NCBI GenBank assembly: GCA_029212965.1
Contig: JARGOV010000002.1
Span: forward strand, 1,638 to 65,637
Length of the DNA: 64,000 nt
Direction: 5' to 3'
Origin: Porticoccaceae bacterium
GTDB taxonomy: Bacteria; Pseudomonadota; Gammaproteobacteria; Pseudomonadales; Porticoccaceae
Under the pieces are notes generated by a model. The model worked only from the letters and a program-made list of their open reading frames with translations, was not told where the DNA came from and ran no database searches. The translations under genes and the position numbers were made by a program. Below, one piece after another: positions 26,035 through 35,544 of this stretch. Position 1 is the first letter of the stretch, and every line of letters starts with the position of its first letter.

Positions 26035-26442
26035 TCAGGGTTTTGGGTCTTTTGCTTTATCGCCAGGGGGTGGTTCAGGGTTTTCGGTCGCCATTTCGGC
26101 GATTTTCACGAAACGGTTGAGCGTCGCTTTATGCATGTCGAGCAAAGTGATCCAGTTGTTGAGAAATAATGAGCCGGTTTTCGTCAGGCTGTAAATTCTC
26201 CTTGCTGGTCCCTCTGAGGATGTATCCCAGAGTGATGAAATTAAACCGGTTTTTTCCATCTGTCGTAAGGTGCGATACAAGGTGCCACTGTTAAAGCCGC
26301 CGTAACCGGCCTCCTCTAATTTTTTTGCCAATTCGTAGCCGTAGCCAGACCAGTTTTTTAGTAAGGCGAGTAGGTGTGCTGTGAGCATTTCGCTGGGCAT
26401 TTTTGTTGATGGAATTTCTTTGTCTTTTGTCATATGTACCAT
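26035..26442 (-). CDS. PadR-family transcriptional regulator (PhaQ-like by context)
   Basis: Winged-helix core WSGYGYELAKKLEEAGYGGFNSGTLYRTLRQMEKTGLISS. Same strand as and upstream of phaE-phaC, divergent from the phasin-like gene. The start at 26442 or 26433 is preferred over 26481. Confidence 0.75.
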   Translation of the reverse strand: MVHMTKDKEIPSTKMPSEMLTAHLLALLKNWSGYGYELAKKLEEAGYGGFNSGTLYRTLRQMEKTGLISSLWDTSSEGPARRIYSLTKTGSLFLNNWITLLDMHKATLNRFVKIAEMATENPEPPPGDKAKDPKP

Positions 26443-26468
26443 TCGTTGATCAGATTGAAATGAGCTAG

Positions 26469-26521
26469 GTGCAATTTGCATTTATTTAATGCTTGACACT
26501 ATATGCAGTTTGCATTTAAAT
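26469..26521 (+). promoter_or_regulatory. Sigma-70-type promoter of the phasin-like gene, overlapped by paired palindromes (candidate PadR operators)
   Basis: TTGACA (26493-26498), 17-nt spacer, TTAAAT (26516-21). The palindromes are GTGCA-ATT-TGCAT (26469-81) and ATGCA-GTT-TGCAT (26503-15); the second fills the promoter spacer. Confidence 0.5.
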
Positions 26522-26614
26522 AGCAAGCATATCTTGTTGTTGCTTATCGACTTCAGGGTAAAGCGCAAGCCACGAGTGCTCGGCGTAATTTGTTAATTTA
26601 TCTGAGGAAGAGCT

Positions 26615-27142
26615 ATGACCGAATCGAAAGCAAGTGCTGCAAAATCTAAGCCATCATCTAAGTCCACAAAGGCGGAGTCAGGCATGTCTTTAGAAGTTCA
26701 GAGCTATATTGATACGCTAATTGAAAATCAGAAAATTGTGAGTGGGGCTTTTAAAAGTGCCCGTGATCGCGGTGTTCGTTTCGGCGATTCTCTTGGCAAG
26801 CGTATTGCCGACAACCAGGCCCAAGCTTTGGGGTTGTCTAAAAAACTCGCTGCTAACCCAAAAGACTATCAGGGCAATATAGGTGCCTTGTTGGAGTCGC
26901 TGACCCAGTCGCAGGCTGAGGCCTTTGAAGTGTTTAAAGCGATGGTCAGTGAGCAGCGAGATATGTCCGACAGCTTTAATAGTACGGCTAAATCGCTTTT
27001 TGAAGGTACTCGTAACTCATCAAAAGCGGCGCTGAGTCTGTACCGTTCTTGGGGGGTGCAAAACCCAATGACTGAGCTTGTGAAAAAATCTGTTGCCAGC
27101 GCAACCGAAGCTGCTGAAAAAATGGCCAAGGCTGTCGCTTAA
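26615..27142 (+). CDS. Phasin-like PHA granule-associated protein (by context and composition)
   Basis: 175-aa Ala/Lys/Ser/Glu-rich helical ORF with no enzymatic motifs, beside the PHA synthase genes. Lys/Ser-rich N-terminus (ASAAKSKPSSKSTKAES). Confidence 0.4.
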   Translation: MTESKASAAKSKPSSKSTKAESGMSLEVQSYIDTLIENQKIVSGAFKSARDRGVRFGDSLGKRIADNQAQALGLSKKLAANPKDYQGNIGALLESLTQSQAEAFEVFKAMVSEQRDMSDSFNSTAKSLFEGTRNSSKAALSLYRSWGVQNPMTELVKKSVASATEAAEKMAKAVA

Positions 27143-27265
27143 CTAGACTCAGGCTAGGGTAGCCTTAAATAAAAGGTTGCCCTAGCTTTTATTTAAGCGT
27201 TTTTGAAGTAGTATGCTGCGTTGTTAAATTAACGGGCTACAGAATTTACGCAACGGGGTTGAGGC

Positions 27266-28090
27266 ATGAGTGAAAGCAATGCAAGTGATGTTATGGAGGA
27301 GCTACTCGAGCATCTAGAAGATGATGATCAAGACGGCCCTTTTGCCCATGACCCCTCTATAGAATCTACGCTGACCCCAATTTGGCGCGAAGCTATTTTT
27401 CCGGCAGAATTTGCGGCGCTGCACTGCCACCCTGTTTTTTGGGGGCGAGGTGTAGCAAGAGGCAAAGGAGAGCCCGTGTTGGTGATTCCTGGTTTCATTG
27501 CCAATGACCTCATTATGCTGCCGATGCGCCAGTGGATGAGGCGTATAGGCTATAAACCCCACGCGGCGAAAATCCATTGGAATACGAATTGTCCTGAGAA
27601 AACGGCGACTAAATTGATCCGCCAAATTGAAGGAATTTACCGTAAGAGTGGAAAAAAAGTGATCTTGGTGGGCCACAGTCTGGGAGGCATGCTGGCGAAA
27701 ACCATTGTACAAAAAATTCCGGAATTGATTAACCGGGTGATCACCGTGGGCTCACCTTTTCGAGATATTGTTGAAGCCCATCCCGCCGTGGTTGGGGTTT
27801 GGGACTATCTGAAAATTGGACAGGGCAAATTGGTGGGCCGAGATTTAGGGGCATCCTGTGGCACCGGCTATTGTATGTGTGATTTTGTGCAAAACATGAT
27901 TGCACCACGCGAGGTTGATGTGCCCCAATTTGCGATTTACTCCCGAAATGATGGCGTTGTTGGTTGGCAAAGCTGCGCTGAAATAGATGAAAGCCTCAAT
28001 ATTGAAGTCAATAAGGCGTCGCACATGGGACTCGCTTTTAATATCGGTTCTTACAAGGCCTTGGCAAAGCGAATGGCACAAGTGGTTTAG
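27266..28090 (+). CDS. Alpha/beta hydrolase (lipase/esterase-like)
   Basis: 274-aa ORF with the nucleophile elbow GHSLGG after VLVIPGF. The acidic N-terminus lacks a signal peptide. Confidence 0.7.
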   Translation: MSESNASDVMEELLEHLEDDDQDGPFAHDPSIESTLTPIWREAIFPAEFAALHCHPVFWGRGVARGKGEPVLVIPGFIANDLIMLPMRQWMRRIGYKPHAAKIHWNTNCPEKTATKLIRQIEGIYRKSGKKVILVGHSLGGMLAKTIVQKIPELINRVITVGSPFRDIVEAHPAVVGVWDYLKIGQGKLVGRDLGASCGTGYCMCDFVQNMIAPREVDVPQFAIYSRNDGVVGWQSCAEIDESLNIEVNKASHMGLAFNIGSYKALAKRMAQVV

Positions 28091-28227
28091 CCAATTACGT
28101 GCAAGATCGCTCCTTTCTCTTTTTTATCCCGGCATAAAAATACGTTTCGTGCGATATCTTTTTTTACGGGATAGGCTGACAGTGCTGGATTGTGTAAAAT
28201 CTCCGCTTTTACTCGAGAGTCCGAATT

Positions 28228-29496
28228 ATGTTTGATAATCAGCAAACCCTGGCCCAGTTCGATCCGGAAATTTGGCAATCGATACAAGACGAAGAACGCC
28301 GCCAAGAAGAGCATATTGAACTGATTGCCTCAGAAAACTACACCAGTCCTCAGGTAATGGTCGCCCAGGGGACGGTGTTAACGAACAAATATGCCGAGGG
28401 CTATCCGGGCAAACGCTATTACGGCGGTTGCGAGTTTGTCGATACCGCTGAAGATTTGGCAATTGAACGTGCCAAAGAGTTGTTCGGTGCTGACTATGCG
28501 AATGTGCAGCCTCACTCAGGTTCGCAGGCAAATGCCGCTGTGTATCAGGCCTTGTGTGAACCAGGTGACACCGTATTGGGGATGAGCCTGGCTGATGGCG
28601 GCCATCTGACCCACGGTGCCAAGCCGAGCTTTTCCGGTAAGACTTACAATGCCATTCAGTACGGCTTGGACGGCGCTACTGGCGAAGTCGATTACGCCCA
28701 GGTTGAGGCACTGGCGTTAGAGCACAAGCCAAAGATGATTATCGCTGGCTTTTCTGCCTATTCGCGCGTAATGGACTGGCAGCGCTTCCGCGATATTGCC
28801 GATAAAGTCAGCGCCTATTTAATGGTCGATATGGCTCACGTTGCAGGTCTGGTTGCGGCGGGTTGCTACCCTAATCCCGTGCCGATCGCCGATGTGGTGA
28901 CTACGACGACCCATAAAACCCTGCGTGGCCCCCGTGGTGGTTTGATTCTCGCTAGAGCCAATGAAGCGCTGGAGAAGAAGCTTAATTCTGCTGTTTTCCC
29001 CGGTGGTCAGGGCGGTCCCCTGATGCACGTTATTGCGGCTAAAGCAGTGAGCTTTAAGGAGGCAATGAGCGATGAATTTAAGACCTATCAGCAACAGGTA
29101 GTTGCTAATGCTCGTGCAATGGCAGCTACTTTTATTGAGCGCGGCATTGATATCGTTTCCGGTGGTACTGACGATCATTTGATGCTGGTTAACCTGATTG
29201 GCAAAGATTACACCGGCAAAGATGCCGATGCGGCGCTGGGGCAGGCCAATATTACCGTCAACAAAAATGCCGTACCCAATGACCCGCGTTCGCCTTTCGT
29301 TACCAGTGGTTTGCGCGTTGGAACACCAGCGATTACTACCCGCGGTTTTGATGAAGCAGATACTGTAGAACTGACCCATTGGATGTGTGATGTTCTAGCC
29401 TCGCTGGAAAATGGCACTTCTGAGCAGGTGATTGGTGAGGTGAAGGCTAGGGTTCTGGCTATTTGTAAGCGTCATCCAGTCTATAAAGAAATCTAA
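28228..29496 (+). CDS. glyA: Serine hydroxymethyltransferase
   Basis: 422-aa ORF with the PLP-lysine context [14 protein letters not shown]. Confidence 0.95.
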   Translation: MFDNQQTLAQFDPEIWQSIQDEERRQEEHIELIASENYTSPQVMVAQGTVLTNKYAEGYPGKRYYGGCEFVDTAEDLAIERAKELFGADYANVQPHSGSQANAAVYQALCEPGDTVLGMSLADGGHLTHGAKPSFSGKTYNAIQYGLDGATGEVDYAQVEALALEHKPKMIIAGFSAYSRVMDWQRFRDIADKVSAYLMVDMAHVAGLVAAGCYPNPVPIADVVTTTTHKTLRGPRGGLILARANEALEKKLNSAVFPGGQGGPLMHVIAAKAVSFKEAMSDEFKTYQQQVVANARAMAATFIERGIDIVSGGTDDHLMLVNLIGKDYTGKDADAALGQANITVNKNAVPNDPRSPFVTSGLRVGTPAITTRGFDEADTVELTHWMCDVLASLENGTSEQVIGEVKARVLAICKRHPVYKEI

Positions 29497-29564
29497 AACT
29501 CGGCTAAGTTGCTGCAGGTACAGCTGGCATAGCAAAGGCTTCGGTTCCCTGTGCTTGCTTGATA

Positions 29565-29598
29565 TAACACAAAGCCCGAGACAGTGGGCTTTGTGTTA
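29565..29598 (+). terminator. Hairpin downstream of glyA
   Basis: Perfect 13-bp stem TAACACAAAGCCC / GGGCTTTGTGTTA with an 8-nt loop. The T tract is weak, so this is a terminator or attenuator. Confidence 0.55.
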
Positions 29599-29634
29599 GT
29601 ATGCGCGGCTAATTTCTGCCCGACGGACTACCCC

Positions 29635-30114
29635 ATGCATTGCCCCTTTTGTGGCGCTAACGATACCAAGGTGATTGACTCTCGGCTGGTTGCTGAGGGT
29701 GATCAAGTGCGCCGTCGACGTGAGTGCGTGTCTTGCAAAGAGCGCTATACCACTTTTGAAGTGGCTGAGCTGTTGATGCCCCGCGTGATAAAGCAGGATA
29801 AAAGCCGAGAGCCTTTCGACGAAGAAAAGTTGCGGGCAGGGCTGCATCGGGCACTGGAAAAGCGCCCGGTTAGCACCGAGAGAGTGGAGGCAGCGTTCTC
29901 GCAAATTAAGCGCTCGTTACAGAGTGCCGGTGAGCGGGAAATTTCGTCGCGCATGATTGGCGAAAAAGTGATGGAGCAATTGCGCGGGCTCGACGATGTT
30001 GCCTACGTGCGTTTTGCCTCTGTCTATCGCAGCTTTCAAGATTTGAATGAGTTTCGTGCCGAGCTTGATCGCCTTGAAAAAGAAGATGATGGGGCGGACA
30101 AAGCAGGTGTCTAG
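29635..30114 (+). CDS. nrdR: Transcriptional repressor NrdR
   Basis: Starts [17 protein letters not shown] (zinc ribbon) followed by an ATP-cone. The extension in the ORF track (from 29584) runs through the glyA hairpin. Confidence 0.9.
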   Translation: MHCPFCGANDTKVIDSRLVAEGDQVRRRRECVSCKERYTTFEVAELLMPRVIKQDKSREPFDEEKLRAGLHRALEKRPVSTERVEAAFSQIKRSLQSAGEREISSRMIGEKVMEQLRGLDDVAYVRFASVYRSFQDLNEFRAELDRLEKEDDGADKAGV

Positions 30115-30129
30115 AAAAGGTCTTCGGCA

Positions 30130-31239
30130 ATGACAGCGGCAGCCGATACTGGCTATATGGCTCGTGCTATACAGCTGGCGAAAAAGGGCTGGTACACCGC
30201 TCGACCGAACCCTCGGGTGGGTTGTGTGATCGTGCGGGCGGGAGAGGTGGTTGGCGAGGGCTGGCATCATCGTGCCGGGGGACCCCATGCCGAAGTTGTT
30301 GCCCTGAACGACGCGGGTAGCGATGCGCGAGGTGCCACGGCTTACGTATCCTTGGAACCCTGTAATCACCACGGCCGTACTCCGCCCTGCGCAGACGCTC
30401 TTATAGCGGCGGGCGTTGTACGTGTGGTTTATGGTTTGGCTGACCCGCACCGCATTGCCTCGGGCGGTATTGGCAAACTCGAAATGGCTGGTATCACCGT
30501 TGAGGGTCCCGTACTTGAGAGTGAAGCGCGAGCTCTAAACCTCGGTTTTGTTAAGCGCTGTCAAACCGGCATGCCCCGCGTGACTCTAAAGTTGGCGGCC
30601 AGTATCGATGGGCGCTCGGCCATGGCTAGTGGCGAAAGCCAGTGGATTACTGGCCCTGCAGCGCGTCGCGACGTGCAGCGTTTGCGCGCTGAAAACGCAG
30701 CTATAATTACCGGTATCGGCACGGTACTTGAAGATAATCCCTCTCTCAATGTGCGACAGGCCCAACTCGGTCTAAGCGTCGATGAGCTGGCAGAGATGCA
30801 GCCCCTGCGGGTGATTGTCGATAGTGAGCTGCGCACTACCGAGGGCCTTAACATCCTCGAGCCGCCAGGTGACGTGTTGATAGCAACAGCGCAACGTGAA
30901 AGTGGTGTTAAGGGTGCAGAGGTTTGTTCTTTGCCCAATGAAAATGGCAAGGTGGATTTACAGGCTTTGTTACTCGAACTAGGTCGTCGCGAGTATAGCG
31001 ATGTGTTTGTTGAAGCCGGGGGCAAGTTGGCCGGAGTTTTCCTCGAGCAAGGCTTGGTTGATGAATTGATTATTTATATGGCGCCAAAATTGTTAGGCAG
31101 TGATGCTATGCCTATGGCAGTGCTGCCCTTTAGCGCAATGTCTGAGGCACTCGCGCTTGAAATTACCGATATTCGCGCCGTTGGCAATGACTGGCGTATT
31201 ACTGCAACACCGGGTGGAAAAACATGTTTACAGGCATAA
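30130..31239 (+). CDS. ribD: Bifunctional riboflavin biosynthesis protein RibD (deaminase/reductase)
   Basis: Deaminase zinc motifs HAEV...PCNHHGRTPPC plus a C-terminal reductase domain. Confidence 0.9.
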   Translation: MTAAADTGYMARAIQLAKKGWYTARPNPRVGCVIVRAGEVVGEGWHHRAGGPHAEVVALNDAGSDARGATAYVSLEPCNHHGRTPPCADALIAAGVVRVVYGLADPHRIASGGIGKLEMAGITVEGPVLESEARALNLGFVKRCQTGMPRVTLKLAASIDGRSAMASGESQWITGPAARRDVQRLRAENAAIITGIGTVLEDNPSLNVRQAQLGLSVDELAEMQPLRVIVDSELRTTEGLNILEPPGDVLIATAQRESGVKGAEVCSLPNENGKVDLQALLLELGRREYSDVFVEAGGKLAGVFLEQGLVDELIIYMAPKLLGSDAMPMAVLPFSAMSEALALEITDIRAVGNDWRITATPGGKTCLQA

Positions 31240-31871
31240 TTGAAGCATTGGGCGAAATCGGCGGAACAGAACAACGGGGTGGCGATTTGCGCCTGCATAT
31301 TCGTACTGGCGGTCTTGACTTGGGCGATGTGGGACTGGGTGACAGTATTGCCGTCAATGGAGTTTGCTTGACGGTGGTCGAACTGCCCGGTGATGGTTTT
31401 ATAGCCGATGTGTCGATTGAAACCTTGAACTTCACTACCGCTGGACAGTGGAAAACAGCAACGCCAGTGAATTTAGAGCGAGCTTTGACGCCGAGTACCC
31501 GGCTCGGTGGCCACCTGGTTTCTGGTCATGTGGACGGCGTTGGTGAAGTTGTTGAACGCCATCAGGATGCTCGCTCAGAGCGCTTTCGAATCAAAGCCCC
31601 AGCAGAGCTGGCACGTTATATTGCCCACAAGGGTTCGATATCGGTCGATGGCACCAGCCTCACGGTTAATGCCGTGTCGGGCGATGAGTTCGAATTAAAT
31701 ATCGTGCCTCACACGCTGGAACATACTGTGTTTGGCGCTTATCAAGGGGGGGCAAAAGTGAATTTAGAAGTGGATGTTATCGCCCGTTACCTTGAGCGTT
31801 TGCTGCTCGGTGATAAGGCTGCGAGCCAGGATGTTTCTCTCTCCACGCTGGTTAATAAAATTTTAGATTAA
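31224..31871 (+). CDS. ribE: Riboflavin synthase (alpha chain)
   Basis: Starts MFTGIIE, with an internal duplication (second GHLVSGHVDG block). Symbol follows B. subtilis-style naming. Confidence 0.9.
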   Translation: MFTGIIEALGEIGGTEQRGGDLRLHIRTGGLDLGDVGLGDSIAVNGVCLTVVELPGDGFIADVSIETLNFTTAGQWKTATPVNLERALTPSTRLGGHLVSGHVDGVGEVVERHQDARSERFRIKAPAELARYIAHKGSISVDGTSLTVNAVSGDEFELNIVPHTLEHTVFGAYQGGAKVNLEVDVIARYLERLLLGDKAASQDVSLSTLVNKILD

Positions 31872-31882
31872 AGGGCAATACC

Positions 31883-32992
31883 ATGAACTTGAATACCATC
31901 GAAGAGCTGATTGAAGATATCCGTCAGGGCAAAATGGTCATCCTTATGGATGACGAGGATAGGGAGAACGAGGGGGACCTGGTAATTGCCGCCGAGAAAA
32001 TCCGACCCGACGATATTAACTTTATGGCCATGCACGCCCGGGGGCTGATTTGCATGACTTTGATGGAGCAACGCTGTCAGCAGTTGGCGTTACCTTTAAT
32101 GGTCGATAACAATAACGACGCCCATAGTACTAACTTTACGGTATCTATTGAGGCTGCCGAAGGTGTAACGACAGGCATTTCCGCCGCCGACCGGGCTAGA
32201 ACAGTTCAGGCTGCGGTGGCCGCTGATGCAAAGCCCACAGACATCGTTCAGCCGGGACATATTTTTCCTTTGAAGGCCCAGCCCGGCGGCGTTCTGAGCC
32301 GCGCAGGGCATACCGAAGCGGGCTGTGATCTGGCTGGCCTTGCGGGCCTTGAACCGGCGGCCGTTATTGTTGAGATTATGAATGATGACGGCACCATGGC
32401 GCGGCGCTCAGATCTTGAGGCCTTTGCTGAAAAACACGATCTGAAAATTGGCACTATTGCCGATTTGATTCATCATCGAGTGGTCAACGAGAAAACGGTT
32501 GAGCATATCAATGAACGTAAAATCGAGACCCCCTTTGGCGAGTTTACGCTGCATACTTATTTAGATGGTCCACGAAACCACAAGCACTTTGCTCTTGTCA
32601 AAGGCGAGATAGATTCTGAAACACCAGTACCTGTGCGCGTTCATTTGCCAACCGTGGTGCGAGACGTATTTGGGCTGGAGCGAAAAGGGCCCTACAAAAG
32701 CTGGACAATTCATAAAGCCATGGAGCGCGTTGCCGAAGAGGGCTGCGGCATTATTGTGGTGATTTTGCAAGAAGAAAACCCAGAAACAGTGGAGCGCGAT
32801 CTGGACTTTTTGATGGCCGAGCAGAAGCGGGAAAAAAGTGCCTCTGAGACCGTGTACTTACAGATTGGGGCTGGCTCACAAATCCTCCGCGACCTCGGTG
32901 CCAAGAAAATACGGGTTATGAGTGCACCTTTCCGTTTCACTGCAATTTCCGGTTTTGATCTGGAAGTTGTCGACTATATCGAGTGCCACTAA
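31883..32992 (+). CDS. ribBA: Bifunctional 3,4-dihydroxy-2-butanone-4-phosphate synthase / GTP cyclohydrolase II-like
   Basis: The N-terminal DHBP synthase motifs are clear (DDEDRENEGDL, GHTEA). I did not check the catalytic residues of the C-terminal GCHII-like half. Confidence 0.85.
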   Translation: MNLNTIEELIEDIRQGKMVILMDDEDRENEGDLVIAAEKIRPDDINFMAMHARGLICMTLMEQRCQQLALPLMVDNNNDAHSTNFTVSIEAAEGVTTGISAADRARTVQAAVAADAKPTDIVQPGHIFPLKAQPGGVLSRAGHTEAGCDLAGLAGLEPAAVIVEIMNDDGTMARRSDLEAFAEKHDLKIGTIADLIHHRVVNEKTVEHINERKIETPFGEFTLHTYLDGPRNHKHFALVKGEIDSETPVPVRVHLPTVVRDVFGLERKGPYKSWTIHKAMERVAEEGCGIIVVILQEENPETVERDLDFLMAEQKREKSASETVYLQIGAGSQILRDLGAKKIRVMSAPFRFTAISGFDLEVVDYIECH

Positions 32993-33065
32993 ATAGAATG
33001 TCAGAGGGCTTGAGTGTTCTTAACTTCAAAGCCTCCAAAGCTAACTTGCAAATTAGGATACAAAA

Positions 33066-33542
33066 ATGAGCGAATTCAGACCTGTTGAGGGTGACTTTAA
33101 TGTCGGCGAAGCCCGTTTTGCCATTGTCGTCGCCCGCTGGAACGGCAATATTACCGAGAACCTTTTGAAGGGTGCTCTGAGTGCTCTGGCGCGCCACAAT
33201 GTAGCTGATGAGAAAATTGACGTTATTCGCGTGCCCGGTGCCTTTGAATTACCGGCCACAGCGATGAAAATAGCCGAACAGGGGAATGTTGATGCCGTAA
33301 TTACCCTGGGTTGTGTGATTCGCGGAGGTACCCCACATTTTGACTATGTCTGTGGCGAATGTGCCCGGGGCATCGGCGAAGTGGCACTGGTTACAGGACT
33401 GCCCATAGCTTTCGGGGTGTTGACCACCGACGATTTACAGCAGTCGGAAGATCGTTCTGGCGATAACGATGAGAACAAAGGTGTTGAAGCGGCCTTGACT
33501 GCCCTTGAAATGGTCTCTCTGTTTGCACAGTTAGGAGATTAA
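33066..33542 (+). CDS. ribH: 6,7-dimethyl-8-ribityllumazine synthase
   Basis: 158-aa ORF with VPGAFELP and GTPHFDYV motifs. Confidence 0.9.
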   Translation: MSEFRPVEGDFNVGEARFAIVVARWNGNITENLLKGALSALARHNVADEKIDVIRVPGAFELPATAMKIAEQGNVDAVITLGCVIRGGTPHFDYVCGECARGIGEVALVTGLPIAFGVLTTDDLQQSEDRSGDNDENKGVEAALTALEMVSLFAQLGD

Positions 33543-33546
33543 CTGC

Positions 33547-33993
33547 GTGTCCTCTTCTCTGCCTTCAGCGCGTAAAAAAGCCCGTCACATGCTGGTACAG
33601 GCTTTGTATCAGTGGCAGTTAGCAGGTGACAGTATTGGTGTCATTGAAGCGCAGTACATGGCTGAAAAAGGCATGGCGAAGGCGGACTCTGAGTTTTTTC
33701 GAGAGTTACTGCATGATATACCCGCCAGGCTCGACGAACTCGATGCAGCCTACCGAGAGTTTCTCGATCGTGATCCGGAGGCGTTGGATCCTATCTCTCT
33801 CGCGGTGTTAAGGATCAGTGTTTATGAGTTGCTACATCGAATTGATGTGCCCTATCGTGTGGTGATTAACGAATCGGTCAACCTGGCTAAAACCTTCGGC
33901 CCGACAGACGCTTATAAATATATCAACGGTATTGTTGATCGTGTCGCAGCACGAGCACGACGTGTCGAGATTGCCAGTAATAAAGGCGAGTAG
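33547..33993 (+). CDS. nusB: Transcription antitermination factor NusB
   Basis: 148-aa ORF (ARHMLVQALYQW...) in the conserved position after ribH. GTG start. Confidence 0.9.
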   Translation: MSSSLPSARKKARHMLVQALYQWQLAGDSIGVIEAQYMAEKGMAKADSEFFRELLHDIPARLDELDAAYREFLDRDPEALDPISLAVLRISVYELLHRIDVPYRVVINESVNLAKTFGPTDAYKYINGIVDRVAARARRVEIASNKGE

Positions 33994-34065
33994 TCTGACG
34001 ATAAAAGTAAGCCCTCGCTGTGACCCGGTGACTCTGGGGCGCTCTGAACAAAGGCTCATTAAATA

Positions 34066-35031
34066 ATGGCCACTGATGAATTTAGCCTCATTGCTCAGTA
34101 TTTTTCGGTCTGTGGTACAGCAGGCGCCGACACTTTGTTGGGCGTCGGTGATGATTGCGCGCTACTGGTACCCCCTGACGGAGAGCTTCTGGCGGTAACA
34201 ACGGATACGTTATTAGCTTCTGTTCATTTCCCCCTCGATTCTCCCGCCCGGCTGATTGCTCAGCGAGCGCTGGCTGTCAATCTCAGCGATATGGCGGCAA
34301 TGGGCGCGACGCCGCGCTGGTTTCAATTGGCGCTGACAATGCCCGAAGCTAATCAGCACTGGCTAGCCGAATTTAGTGCGGGCTTAAATGCCATGGCCTG
34401 TCAATTTAATTGCGCTCTGGTCGGTGGTGATACCACGCGTGGCCCACTGACTATCAGTATTACCCTTATGGGCACTGTGCCATCGGGGCAGGCCCTTAAG
34501 CGTAGCGGTGCAAAGCCTGGTGATACGGTTTATGTCACGGGTTGTCTGGGTGATGGTGCTGGAGCACTGGCACTACTTGAGAGTAAATTGTCGCCCCGGG
34601 TGGAAGATGGCGACTATCTTAAAGAACGATTTTGGCGACCTCAGGCCCGTGTTGCCGAGGGCTTGGCAATAAGACATTTTGCCTCCGCAGCCATTGATAT
34701 TTCCGATGGCTTGTTGGCTGATCTTGGGCATATTGTCAAGGCCAGCAAGGTTGGCGCTGTGGTGGGTGTCGATAATCTTCCCCTGTCGCACGCTTTGTGT
34801 TGTAGCGCAGACCCCGAACGGCGGCTCAATTGGGCGTTAAGTGGTGGAGATGATTACGAACTTTGTTTTACCGTTCCCGCAGATAAACTTGCAAAATGTC
34901 AGCGCCTCATTGACGAGGGCGAGTTGACGGCTACCCCGATTGGCCAGATTATCGAAGGGCAAGGTGTGCGCTGTGTCGATAAGCAGGGTATCCCCTTTGA
35001 AATTTGCGATCCCGGGTATCAACACTTTTAA
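34066..35031 (+). CDS. thiL: Thiamine-monophosphate kinase
   Basis: 321-aa AIR-synthase-like fold (GVGDDCALL, TTDTLLASVHF, GGDT). Confidence 0.9.
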   Translation: MATDEFSLIAQYFSVCGTAGADTLLGVGDDCALLVPPDGELLAVTTDTLLASVHFPLDSPARLIAQRALAVNLSDMAAMGATPRWFQLALTMPEANQHWLAEFSAGLNAMACQFNCALVGGDTTRGPLTISITLMGTVPSGQALKRSGAKPGDTVYVTGCLGDGAGALALLESKLSPRVEDGDYLKERFWRPQARVAEGLAIRHFASAAIDISDGLLADLGHIVKASKVGAVVGVDNLPLSHALCCSADPERRLNWALSGGDDYELCFTVPADKLAKCQRLIDEGELTATPIGQIIEGQGVRCVDKQGIPFEICDPGYQHF

Positions 35032-35046
35032 TGAGAGCCTGATTTG

Positions 35047-35544
35047 ATGACACCCCTGTATAAACCGACTTTCTCCACATTGCGTCAAGACCCGATTCTG
35101 TTTTTAGGTTTGGGCTTTGGCAGCGGTTTATCACCTTTTGCACCGGGTACGGCTGGCTCAGTAGTGGCTTTGCTATTCGTGCCTTTGTTGGCGTGGCTAT
35201 CGACTGGTTATTTACTGGCTGTGCTGCTCATTGCCAGTCTGTCGGGGATTTATATTTGCGCTTATTCTGCCAGGAAGCTAGGGGCCAAGGACCCGTCTAG
35301 CATCGTATGGGATGAGTTTGTCGGTTTGTGGATTGCCTTGGCGGGGTTTCCTGTAAGCTCTATATGGTTGCTCAGTGGTTTTTTGGTGTTCCGCTGCTTT
35401 GATATTCTTAAGCCTTGGCCTATCAGGGTGTTTGATAGAAAAGTACCGGGTGGTTTGGGTATTATGTTGGACGATATTGTAGCGGGGATAATGACATGGT
35501 TAGTATTGCGTTTGGCCGCCAGTGTGTTGGGTTTAAACCTATAA
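35047..35544 (+). CDS. pgpA: Phosphatidylglycerophosphatase A
   Basis: About 165-aa membrane ORF (GLGFGSGLSPFAPGTAGS, DEFVG, FRCFDILKPWPI). Confidence 0.85.
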   Translation: MTPLYKPTFSTLRQDPILFLGLGFGSGLSPFAPGTAGSVVALLFVPLLAWLSTGYLLAVLLIASLSGIYICAYSARKLGAKDPSSIVWDEFVGLWIALAGFPVSSIWLLSGFLVFRCFDILKPWPIRVFDRKVPGGLGIMLDDIVAGIMTWLVLRLAASVLGLNL

